Below are positions 18,601 through 27,635 of a stretch of 64,000 nt of DNA, piece after piece; position 1 is the stretch's first letter, and each line of letters opens with the position of its first letter. The position numbers were made by a program, and so were the translations under genes. This stretch comes from Myxococcota bacterium (GTDB lineage Bacteria; Myxococcota_A; UBA796; CAJQPC01): contig DASCPX010000027.1 of the NCBI GenBank assembly GCA_036012755.1, positions 303,510 through 367,509 of the forward strand. The letters are read 5' to 3'. The notes below the pieces were generated by a model, which was not told where the DNA came from, did no database searches, and saw nothing but the letters and a program-made list of their open reading frames with translations.

Positions 18601-20999
18601 TCCTTGAGCAGGTAGTGGGCACCGAGGAAACCGGGGGAGAGCGCGAGGCACTTCTCCAGGCAGTCCACCGCCGAGGCCTCGTCACCGACGAGGTCCGCGA
18701 AGATTCGGCCAGCCCGGTAGTAGAAGCTGACCTGCTGGCTGCCTTCCTGGCTTGCGCCGGCGGCGAGCCGGAGGGTTGCGGCCAACGCTCCCCAGTCCTC
18801 TTCCACCTCGAGGATGCGGAGCATCGCGTCGAGTGATGGTGGGAAGTCCGGCAGGTGGTCCAGCGCGCGTCGGTAGAAGTCCCGCGCCCGCGAGTGGTCG
18901 TTCATCCGGAACTCGCAGACCGCCCCAGCGCGATGGAGCTGCAGCGCGATGGCCGCGGGATCCTCGTTGAGGATGGCGCGCTGCTCATAGACAGCTGCGA
19001 GCTGTTCCCACTCGGCCAGGCGGGTGTAGACCCGCTCCAGGCCTTCCAGCGCAGGGAGGTATCCAGGGGCGATGCCCAGCACCTTCTCGAAGTGGACACG
19101 CGCACCCGCGTGGTCGCCGAGAGGGCCCTCGCAGATCTCACCCATGCGATAGGCGAGCGTGACCTGATGGTTCGGGTCGTCGACGACGTCGAAGCGCTGC
19201 TGCCAGAAAGCGAGCAGTCCCGCGCTGTCGCCCTTGGCGTGGAGCATTCGGGCGACGGCTTCGGCGGCAGGGACCGCAGCGGGGTCCTGGGCGACCTCGG
19301 TGTAGGCCGCGAGCGCACCATCGATGTCTCCGCTGGTCTCGCAGAGCCGCGCGACGCGGTAGCGCACGTAGGGCTTCTCCTCTTCACCGACGGCGTCGAC
19401 CTCTGCACGGAGCGCGGCGAGGAGCTTCTCGTTCCGACCGCTCTCTGCAAGGAAGGCCTGGTACTCGTGGTGCAGCTCCGCCCCTGCGCCCAGCGCCAGG
19501 GCCTGCTCGTAGACCTCGCAAGCTCGCTCCTCGTCGAAGAGCCGAGTTCGGTAGATGCGGGCAGCGCGGGCCGTGAAGAAGGTGGCGTCAGCAGCGCGAT
19601 CCTCGCCAGCGGCCCTCTCCGACTCGGCGAGGTAGAGCTCGACCAGCGGCGTCCACTCCGCGGTCTGGGTGTAGAGGCGCTCGCAGGCGACGAAGCAGGG
19701 CACGTGCCCTGGCGCGGCGGAGTGGCCCGCCCGGAAGGCGGCGAGAGCGCGGGCGTTGTCGCCGAGTTGCTCGCTGTAGACCCGTCCGCGCTCGTAGTGG
19801 AGGCGCGCGGTGAGGGCGCCCTGTCCGAGCGCCGCCATCTTGCCGAGGGTGAGCACGATTCCGCGCCAGTCCTTGCCGGCGAGCTGGACATCGCGGAGCA
19901 GCTGCAGGCTGAGGAAGTCCTCTGGGTTGCGCTCGACAGAGGACTTCAGGAGCCTCAGCGCCACGTCGTCCTGTCGGAGGTGCCGGCGGGCCAGGAGCGC
20001 AGCGTCCTGGAGGATCTCCGCCGCCGCGGCGTCTTCGGTCTCGAGCTCGGCCAGGCGCTCCATGGCACCGCGGAGCTCGTCGAACTTCTGGTTGCTGTTG
20101 AGCGCCTTCTCGAACTCCCGCACACCCTGGAGGGTGTCGGGGTCAGCCCCGACGGCCGCACGGGCGAGCTCCTCGGCGAGTTGGCTGTCCCGGAGGCGCG
20201 TCCTGGCGATGCGGGCAGCTTCTGCGTACAGCGATGCCCTCTCCTCTGGGGGGCGATCCTGGGCGCCTTCGGCGCGGAGCGCCTCGACACTGGCACGCCA
20301 ACGATCGGCCTCGGCCTCGCTGGGCACGTAGCGGACCTGCGTGGCTGCGGGAGGCTCGATCTCCGTGGAGGTCTCCTGCAGGGCTGGGGCGTCGCTGTCG
20401 GGACGAAGGGCCGCCTCGGTCGGTTGCCCGTCGGGGCCGGCGAAGGGATCCTGGACCGTGGCCTTTGCGTCGGAGGGGGGATCGAGGAAGTCCTCTGCAG
20501 ACGCCATGACGTCGGAGCTCGGCTCCTCGCTTGCGTCCTCTTCGGCGTCTTCCTTGTCCCAGTCCTCGCCGCCGAAGTCCTCGGGGTGGAGGACCATGGT
20601 CGGTCCGCTGGAGAGCCCCTTGGGCTTGGCGACCATCGCCGCGGCCTGGGCATCGCGCTCGGCCTCGATCGCCTTGGCGAGTGCGGCTCGGCGAGCAGCC
20701 TCCTCCTCCGCGACCGCCGCGGCGGCTGTAGCCGCTGCCTGTTCGGCCTCCTTGGCCTGGTCCGCCGCGACGCGGCGACGCTCGCTCTCCTCCGCCGCGA
20801 AGCGGGCCTCGGCCTCCTGCTTCAGGCGGCGGGCTTCGGCCAGCTTGGCCTCCTTGTCCTCGGCCAGCTTGGCCTTCTTGGCTGCCGCCTCTTTTTCGGC
20901 AGCAGCCTCCGCTGCCTCGTCCCAGCTGAGATTCCCGCCCTCCCCTTCGCTGAAGAAGCTGTCTTCCCAGTCTTCGAATCCGTCTTTCTTCTTGCCCAT
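15597..20999 (-). CDS. Giant TPR-repeat protein (1800 aa) with acidic/coiled N-terminus
   Basis: Dozens of TPR-like helical repeats (e.g. ALELDP/NPSHLPSLRAM-type); GGAG RBS. Confidence 0.85.
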   Translation of the reverse strand: MGKKKDGFEDWEDSFFSEGEGGNLSWDEAAEAAAEKEAAAKKAKLAEDKEAKLAEARRLKQEAEARFAAEESERRRVAADQAKEAEQAAATAAAAVAEEEAARRAALAKAIEAERDAQAAAMVAKPKGLSSGPTMVLHPEDFGGEDWDKEDAEEDASEEPSSDVMASAEDFLDPPSDAKATVQDPFAGPDGQPTEAALRPDSDAPALQETSTEIEPPAATQVRYVPSEAEADRWRASVEALRAEGAQDRPPEERASLYAEAARIARTRLRDSQLAEELARAAVGADPDTLQGVREFEKALNSNQKFDELRGAMERLAELETEDAAAAEILQDAALLARRHLRQDDVALRLLKSSVERNPEDFLSLQLLRDVQLAGKDWRGIVLTLGKMAALGQGALTARLHYERGRVYSEQLGDNARALAAFRAGHSAAPGHVPCFVACERLYTQTAEWTPLVELYLAESERAAGEDRAADATFFTARAARIYRTRLFDEERACEVYEQALALGAGAELHHEYQAFLAESGRNEKLLAALRAEVDAVGEEEKPYVRYRVARLCETSGDIDGALAAYTEVAQDPAAVPAAEAVARMLHAKGDSAGLLAFWQQRFDVVDDPNHQVTLAYRMGEICEGPLGDHAGARVHFEKVLGIAPGYLPALEGLERVYTRLAEWEQLAAVYEQRAILNEDPAAIALQLHRAGAVCEFRMNDHSRARDFYRRALDHLPDFPPSLDAMLRILEVEEDWGALAATLRLAAGASQEGSQQVSFYYRAGRIFADLVGDEASAVDCLEKCLALSPGFLGAHYLLKEMKARQADWQGVFDLQHGEASAEAELDRKAWQLIAAAEVAGGLPGVDAAGVVLEVLETDPNHGGARALLEQLHHRAGNLTGLVGIYRNAAGAAESDDDRARLSTILADILRDLGDSMGAVQAAGEVIGAEEAEDRALIAVARLCEGLNYWEEALRALNDAGSTFDAARIQEDYLDGAGEALAGYREVLEADETHVAAAAGIARLERKTGNREALAEAHARVADLMDAVPVRVVHSILAGHLMEGLERGDDALAAYRMAFGARKCAGKAFEGARRILLERKDLDGLQALYDELPETDALGLSATLEEADAPALAAAALEGREDIAGLLRREHALEAAEDWQEAFETLRIRAALHQDAGQKAAAEAKARWLLAAKLTDSDEAWDFYRQLHEERPDDRDVLEALARIAGARGEVELGVQYLSSLAESASEPAESARYSRRIGEIHEQNESLDDARAAFLAALDHQSEDAEALSGLRRVAEKGEDWQAMVGVLAREASLVAGDEQVDRYAGIARIWQDRLDDDSVAADSWRKVLDLAPEHPEALERLLVLSEQGEDWSSFVEHATKLAGHGQGAEQSALQRRIGFAYRDHLKNEDEAVRFLDAASGGDAPDLEAAVALESLRSIRGEWDHVVEALRRQARAQADSAGIEPLLRAAHIKLDTLHNREDAAGIFGEVLERDPDHDEALRFVADHRFRAGDREGAIQLFERIEAGADHWDLDDFDEKVEIAQFYFQYGTTLSQLGRDDDATDKLGKALDLNPSHLPSLRAMGPIRMAEEDWPRAQTVWRQVLQLIGGSADKDELCDAYTALGEVERALGKTDKARKRFNKALEMRPNDVRALLGVASVLYDRGEWSNLLNVYNNVIFHAKEPGDVIRSYLTKGYVLDAKMGMADKAAQHFQKTLAFDPGQDEALLRLAELALRRQDWADAASLSDRALALDVSPERRARLLLVRAVAEQSVGDADKAESDFAAAFDADVALGESVGEVVVSDAMGLADAMKTLMQAGR

Positions 21000-21113
21000 G
21001 AAGGCTCCATTGGCCCCCTCGAAGGTCGCGCCGAAGGGAATGCCAGTACCCGGGCAGTCCTATCACCCGCGCGGGGCCCTCATCAACGGGCCGAGCCCAG
21101 CTTCACCGAGGCT

Positions 21114-22580
21114 TCACGGCACAGACGGCAGCGTGGCGATGATCCACTTGAAGTCATCGTCGTTGAAGTGGAGTCCCGCACCGACGTACCCGGTGTGCAT
21201 CCCGTGGCGCGCGCCCATCAACGCGTTGTAGACCCCGCCCTGGACGAAGACGTGCGGATAGGGCTCCACGCGGACCCCCAACTCGACGTTCGGGGTTCCA
21301 TCGAGCAGGGGGTAGCTGGCGTAGGTGAAGTCGTAGAGATCCGCCGAGAACTTCACGCGGTCCTGCCAGAGATAGGCGTCGGCCCCGACGCCTCCGGAGC
21401 TGTGCTTGACCCCGAGGCGGAACGAGAAGTGGTCGTAGCGGCGCGCGAACTGGAAGCTGAAGCGCGCGTCCCTGGTGCGAACGTACTCGGTGTACCGCGT
21501 CCCGAGCTCCGGGCTCTCGACCTGGCGGAAGTCGAAGCTGCCGACAGGGTGATCGACGAACTCGAAGATGTACCAGTAGTCCTCGCGCGGCATGATCTGC
21601 AGCCCGAGCACGTTCCTGGACTTCATGTGCACCGGGTTCTCGACCAGGGCACCGCTGGAGGGCTGCTGTCCCAGGAAGTACGCGCCGTCGTAGTAGACCT
21701 CTGTGCGGAGGTCGCTCACGCTGGTGACGACCTGGTTCACCTCGCGCAGGGTGGTGTTCACCTCGTTGAGCGTGGCCTCCACCTGGCGGACCGGCGTGTC
21801 GTCGTTGATGAGCACGCCCAGGGTCCCCTGCCCTTCGTCGATCTTCGAGGTGATCGAGTTGATGTCCTCGAGGCTCTTGTTGAGGCGTGTCGTGGCCTCT
21901 GCGACGGCGGCGCCCTGCTCCTCGACGGTGGTCCCGGTGGCTTCGATGATGGTCTTGAGCGACTCGCTGACCTCGCGGAGGTTCCGGGCGATGGCGTTGA
22001 CCTCTGACTTGTTGGCCGTCGACAGCTCGCGGACCTCTGCAGAGAGCTGCTCGAGGTTCTTGACCGTCGCGTCGAGGCTGGACTTGACGCCCTCGTCCTC
22101 GAGGTAGTCCCGCAGCGACGCCGTGATGGCCTGGACGTCCTCTGTGATGACCTCGAGCTGGCCCTGGAGATTGTCGAAGTCGAGACCGTAGGGGCGCGTG
22201 GAGATGACGTCGCCGTCGACCAGGAGCTCCTCTTCATTGCCCGGCGCGATGACGACGATCTTGTCTCCGAGCACGCCGCTGGATCTGAGCTCCGCCCAGG
22301 AGCCGACCGGGAGCTCCAGCTCGCCGGACATCTCGAGGGACAGCCGCGCCTGGCTCCCCTCCAGGCTGATGCCGCGCACCGAACCGACGCTGACGCCGGC
22401 GATGAGGACCTGGGTCGTGACGCGCACGCCCTCTGCGGTCGGCACGTCCGCGTACAGCGTGTAGCCCTCGATCGCGCCAGAGGGCCGGTCGTCGGTCTCG
22501 AGGATGAAGATGGCGGTGAACACCGCCACGAGGATGGCCAGCAGCCCCACCTTGAACTCGTTCGACCAACCTCGGACCAT
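21114..22580 (-). CDS. mlaD: MCE/MlaD family protein with long coiled coil
   Basis: EFKVGL N-terminal TM, GVSVGSV, GVLGDKIV MCE motifs; follows mlaE-mlaF. Confidence 0.85.
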   Translation of the reverse strand: MVRGWSNEFKVGLLAILVAVFTAIFILETDDRPSGAIEGYTLYADVPTAEGVRVTTQVLIAGVSVGSVRGISLEGSQARLSLEMSGELELPVGSWAELRSSGVLGDKIVVIAPGNEEELLVDGDVISTRPYGLDFDNLQGQLEVITEDVQAITASLRDYLEDEGVKSSLDATVKNLEQLSAEVRELSTANKSEVNAIARNLREVSESLKTIIEATGTTVEEQGAAVAEATTRLNKSLEDINSITSKIDEGQGTLGVLINDDTPVRQVEATLNEVNTTLREVNQVVTSVSDLRTEVYYDGAYFLGQQPSSGALVENPVHMKSRNVLGLQIMPREDYWYIFEFVDHPVGSFDFRQVESPELGTRYTEYVRTRDARFSFQFARRYDHFSFRLGVKHSSGGVGADAYLWQDRVKFSADLYDFTYASYPLLDGTPNVELGVRVEPYPHVFVQGGVYNALMGARHGMHTGYVGAGLHFNDDDFKWIIATLPSVP

Positions 22581-22592
22581 CGTCGGCGAAGC

Positions 22593-23369
22593 CTACTCGA
22601 CCGTCATGGGGCCGTCGAGGCGGCCCTCGATGAACTGGCGAACCAGGGGGTCGCCCGTCGTTCGGAACCACCTGGGCGGTCCCTCCGCGACTATGCGGCC
22701 GTCATGCAGCATCAGGATGTGGTCGGCGATCTCGAAGGTCGCCTCCATGTCGTGGCTGACGACCAGCGAGGTCATGCCGACGTTTCGAGCCTGGGTCTCG
22801 GTGATGAGCTGGTCGATGGTGGCCGTGAGGATCGGGTCCAGGCCGGTGGTGGGCTCGTCGTAGAGGAGGATCTCCGGCGTGTGGACGACCGCTCGCGCCA
22901 ACCCGGCGCGCTTTTTCATGCCGCCAGAGAGCTCGGCCGGGCTCTTGTCGATGGCGAAGAACAGTCCGACCTCGGTGAGCACCGCCTCGACCCGCTGGCG
23001 GACCTCTGCCTCGGAGAGCTTCGTGTGCTCCCGAAGGCCGAAGGCCACGTTGTCGTAGACGCTCATCGAGTCGAAGAGCGCGGCGTGCTGGAAGACCATG
23101 CCGAACCTCAGGCGGATCTCGCGCCGCTCTCGGTTGCCCATGCGGGTGAGCTCGCGGTCGCCGACCCAGATGCGCCCGTGGTCGGGCAGCATCAGGCCCA
23201 TGGCGTGCTTCAACGTGACGCTCTTGCCGGTCCCCGAGCGCCCGATGATCACCGTGATGCAGCCTCGCGGGATCTTCATGTTGAGCCCGTCGAGCACCTT
23301 CTGGGAGCCGAAGGACTTGTGGATGTCCTCGAAGACCAGCGCGTATGCGTCGGGGTCCTGGGCGCTCAT
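22593..23369 (-). CDS. mlaF: ABC transporter ATP-binding protein, MlaF-type
   Basis: GRSGTGKS, LSGGMKKRAGLARA, LYDEPTTGLDP. Confidence 0.92.
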   Translation of the reverse strand: MSAQDPDAYALVFEDIHKSFGSQKVLDGLNMKIPRGCITVIIGRSGTGKSVTLKHAMGLMLPDHGRIWVGDRELTRMGNRERREIRLRFGMVFQHAALFDSMSVYDNVAFGLREHTKLSEAEVRQRVEAVLTEVGLFFAIDKSPAELSGGMKKRAGLARAVVHTPEILLYDEPTTGLDPILTATIDQLITETQARNVGMTSLVVSHDMEATFEIADHILMLHDGRIVAEGPPRWFRTTGDPLVRQFIEGRLDGPMTVE

Positions 23370-23373
23370 GGCA

Positions 23374-24171
23374 TCACCACAGGCCCGTGGACATCAGGAT
23401 GTCGGTGAGGAAGTAGTCGAGGATGAGGATGCTGACGCTGGCGACGACCACCGCCTGGGTCGTGGCCTTGCCCACACCCTCCGCGCCGCCGCGCACGTAG
23501 AGGCCCTTGTAGCAACCCACGACGCTCATCACGTAGCCGAAGATCGAGGCCTTCACGAGCCCCCAGAGGAAGTCAGGAGGATCGACGTACCACTGGATCC
23601 GGTACAGAAAAGCGCCCTGGTTGATCTCGAGGAGGTTCACGCCCACGAGCCAGGCGCCGATCATGCCGACGGCGGTGAACACGACGGCGGCCATGGGCAC
23701 CATCACGACCCCGGCCAGGATGCGCGGGGCGACCAGGTACTCGATGGGATCCACCGCCATGGACTCCAGCGCGTCGACCTGCTCGGTGACCCGCATCGTG
23801 CCGATCTCGGCGGCCATGGCGGAGCCCGCCCTGCCGGTGATCATCAAGGCAGCGAAGACCGGGCCCAGGGTTCGGGCGAGGGAGATGGTGACCGTCGACC
23901 CGGTGAGCACCTCTGCGTCGAAGAGGCCGAAGCCGTAGGCCGCTTGCAGCGCGTAGACAGCCCCCGTGAAGCCGCCGGTGACGCAGACGATCGACAGGGA
24001 CTGCACCCCGACGAACTCGAACTGCTTGAACACGAGCCGAACGCGGTAGGGGGGCGTGAAGATGGCGAGGGTTCCGAGCACCATCACCCGGAGCAGGCGC
24101 CCCACGTCCTCGACCGGGCGGATGATGGCGCGGCCGATGGCCTCGACCGGTTGGATCAGCAGCGCCCTCAC
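23374..24171 (-). CDS. mlaE: ABC transporter permease, MlaE-type
   Basis: GRAGSAMAAEIGTMRVTEQVDAL, GGAEGVGKATTQAVV. Confidence 0.93.
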   Translation of the reverse strand: MRALLIQPVEAIGRAIIRPVEDVGRLLRVMVLGTLAIFTPPYRVRLVFKQFEFVGVQSLSIVCVTGGFTGAVYALQAAYGFGLFDAEVLTGSTVTISLARTLGPVFAALMITGRAGSAMAAEIGTMRVTEQVDALESMAVDPIEYLVAPRILAGVVMVPMAAVVFTAVGMIGAWLVGVNLLEINQGAFLYRIQWYVDPPDFLWGLVKASIFGYVMSVVGCYKGLYVRGGAEGVGKATTQAVVVASVSILILDYFLTDILMSTGLW

Positions 24172-25280
24172 CCCTCGAAGCTCCTCGGAACCCGCTCGGA
24201 GAAGCCGGTCAGGATCTCGTAGGGGATGGTCCCGGCCCAGGCGGCGAGCTCCTCCACGCGCACGCCGTCGCCGAGGAGCTCGACCTCGTCTCCAGGGCGA
24301 ACGCGGTGGGGGACGTCGGTGACGTCAACCAGGATCATGTCCATGCAGACCGCTCCGCGCACGGGAGCGCGGACTCCGTGGAGGAGCACCTCGCCGACGC
24401 CGGAAAGAGCGCGGGGGTAGCCGTCCGCGTAGCCGACAGGCAGGGTCGCGAGGCGGGTCGGGCGCGGGGCGATCCAGCGGCGCCCGTAGGAGACCCCGGC
24501 GCCGGCGGGGATGTTCTTGACGAAGAGCACCTCGGTCGTGACGCGCATCACCGGACGCAGGTCGAAGCCGGACTCCGCCGCGGGGGGAATGCCGTAGAGA
24601 GCGAGGCCGGGACGCACCATGTCCCTCTGGAGCCGTGGGAAGCGGAGAGCCGCCGCGGAGTTGGCGATGTGGAGGGTGCCGGGACCGAAGGCGCGGACGC
24701 GGGCGGCCTCTACGGCCTCGTCGAAGCGACGGGCCTGCTCGATCGAGAAGGTCTCGTCGAGATCGGCCTCCGCCATGTGACTGGCGATCCCCTCGACCTC
24801 GATGTTCGGGAGATCGGCGAGGCGGTCGAGGAAGTACTCCCAGTCCCCTGGGACGACGCCGAGGCGACCCATTCCGGTGTCGACCTTGAGGTGGACCCGG
24901 GCCTTCTGTCCGAGGGCGCGCCCGGCGTCGTCGAGGTCCTGGGCCGAGTCGAGGTCATAGAGCATCGGCGTCAGGTCGTGACGCAGGGCGTCGTATGCAC
25001 CTCTGTGCCCGATCCCGCCCAGGAGCAGGATGGGGAGGGTGATCCCAGCCGCACGCAAGGCCTTTCCCTCCTCGACCAGGGCCACGCCGAATGCATCGAC
25101 GCCGGCGTCTTGTAGCGCCAGCGATGTCTTCGTCAGCCCGTGCCCGTAGGCGTCGCCCTTGACCGGCGCGAGCACGGCCACGCCGGGCTTCAGGTGCGAG
25201 CGCACCACGCGGAGGTTGTGCTCCAGGCGGTCGAGATCGACGTGCACGGTGGTGGGTCGAATCTGGTTCACCGGGAGCAC
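24168..25280 (-). CDS. alr: Alanine racemase
   Basis: [35 protein letters not shown]. Confidence 0.95.
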   Translation of the reverse strand: MLPVNQIRPTTVHVDLDRLEHNLRVVRSHLKPGVAVLAPVKGDAYGHGLTKTSLALQDAGVDAFGVALVEEGKALRAAGITLPILLLGGIGHRGAYDALRHDLTPMLYDLDSAQDLDDAGRALGQKARVHLKVDTGMGRLGVVPGDWEYFLDRLADLPNIEVEGIASHMAEADLDETFSIEQARRFDEAVEAARVRAFGPGTLHIANSAAALRFPRLQRDMVRPGLALYGIPPAAESGFDLRPVMRVTTEVLFVKNIPAGAGVSYGRRWIAPRPTRLATLPVGYADGYPRALSGVGEVLLHGVRAPVRGAVCMDMILVDVTDVPHRVRPGDEVELLGDGVRVEELAAWAGTIPYEILTGFSERVPRSFEG

Positions 25281-25314
25281 CTATCCCGCGTTATGCGAGC
25301 CGCCCGGAGGGTTC

Positions 25315-26250
<936 letters not shown>

Positions 26251-26271
26251 GCGGTTATGGGGGCCGGCTCA

Positions 26272-27624
26272 ATGATCCTCGCACTCGCCGGTGCTGCTCT
26301 CGCCCAGGACGTCAACACCGTCCTGCTGCCGGACATCACTCCGGAGGCGGTGAACGACTACTCGGTCGCGATCATGCTGACCGACCAGCTGCGGCGCGAC
26401 CTCGAAGCCCATGGCCTCACCGTCATCGGCGGCCCCGAGCTGGTCGAGACCGTCGGCGAGGATGCGGACGGCTGCGCCGACAACCCCGAGTGTCCGGGGG
26501 TGCTCTGGCAGCACTACTCGGCGCCGATGGCGCTGGTCGGGGAGCTCTCGAACACCGCGGCCGGGCTGGACGTCACGGTCTCCTTCCACCAGCCCGACGA
26601 GGCCTCGGCCATCGCCGACTACAACGAGGTCATCTTCCCGGGCGCCGAGTTCGAGTACACAGCGGTCGTCGCCGACAAGACGGTCGACCTGCTCAAGCTG
26701 CTCGCGATGTTCGAGCTGGACGATCCCATCGTCGAGCTCGTGCCCACTCCCTACGAGGAGCCCGTGGTGGTCGAGCCCTTCGAGGACCCCCCGCCCATCG
26801 GCAGCGACCCCGTCGAGGGGCTCTTCATCGACAACAAGGTCGAGCGTCGTGAGATGGGCATCAACAAGCGCAACTACGAGTCCTACGCGCTCTCCGGCAT
26901 GGGCCGCGAGGAGTGGCTCACGGACCGCAGGGTCCGCGCCGGGTCGTTCTTCGTCGAGGTCGGTGGGGGCATCGTGATGGGCTCGGTCGACCGCAGCTAC
27001 ACGGTGGAGCTCGCCCTCGACGAGCAGGACGACGGCAGCTTCGTCGAGACCGAGCGCTACGAAGAGGACGTCTTCGTCAGCGGCTTCGGCGGTCAGGGCG
27101 GCGTCGCCCTTGGCGTCAACCTGGGCAGCCGGGTCGACGTGCTCGTCTCCGGGGGGCTGCAGTCCGGGCGCAAGCACCTGAGCACCGGCTGGGAGCACTA
27201 CCTGGACGGCTCACTCGAAGGCGTGAGCGAGGACGGTCCTCCGCCCCCTGCTGCCGCAGCCGTCGGGTGGGTCGAGCCCCGGGTCCGCGTCTACTTCCTG
27301 CAGACAGGCATGGTGAAGCCCTACGTGCTCGGCGCTGCCACGCTGCGCTTCTACGACGCCTACGTAGTCGAGGACACCTCCGAGGTGGTCAGCTTCCAGC
27401 CCGGGCGGCCGCCGCTGCACCCGGTCAGCGTCGGCGGCGGCGCCGGCCTGATGGTCGACATCACCCAGGAGCTGGCGGTCTTCGTCGAGCCGGTCTGGAA
27501 CCAGATGGTGTGGGGCATGGAGCCCTACCGAAAGACCGCGGACGCCCTCGAGACCTCGCCGGCAGCCACGGAGCCGATCACCTCCTCGATCCGTGTCACG
27601 GCTGGCCTCGGCGTGAAGTTCTGA
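26272..27624 (+). CDS. Exported protein with probable C-terminal outer-membrane beta-barrel
   Basis: Short signal MILALAGAALAQD; amphipathic beta strands; terminal F (GLGVKF). Start could be 26257. Confidence 0.7.
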   Translation: MILALAGAALAQDVNTVLLPDITPEAVNDYSVAIMLTDQLRRDLEAHGLTVIGGPELVETVGEDADGCADNPECPGVLWQHYSAPMALVGELSNTAAGLDVTVSFHQPDEASAIADYNEVIFPGAEFEYTAVVADKTVDLLKLLAMFELDDPIVELVPTPYEEPVVVEPFEDPPPIGSDPVEGLFIDNKVERREMGINKRNYESYALSGMGREEWLTDRRVRAGSFFVEVGGGIVMGSVDRSYTVELALDEQDDGSFVETERYEEDVFVSGFGGQGGVALGVNLGSRVDVLVSGGLQSGRKHLSTGWEHYLDGSLEGVSEDGPPPPAAAAVGWVEPRVRVYFLQTGMVKPYVLGAATLRFYDAYVVEDTSEVVSFQPGRPPLHPVSVGGGAGLMVDITQELAVFVEPVWNQMVWGMEPYRKTADALETSPAATEPITSSIRVTAGLGVKF

Positions 27625-27635
27625 GAGGACGCACC

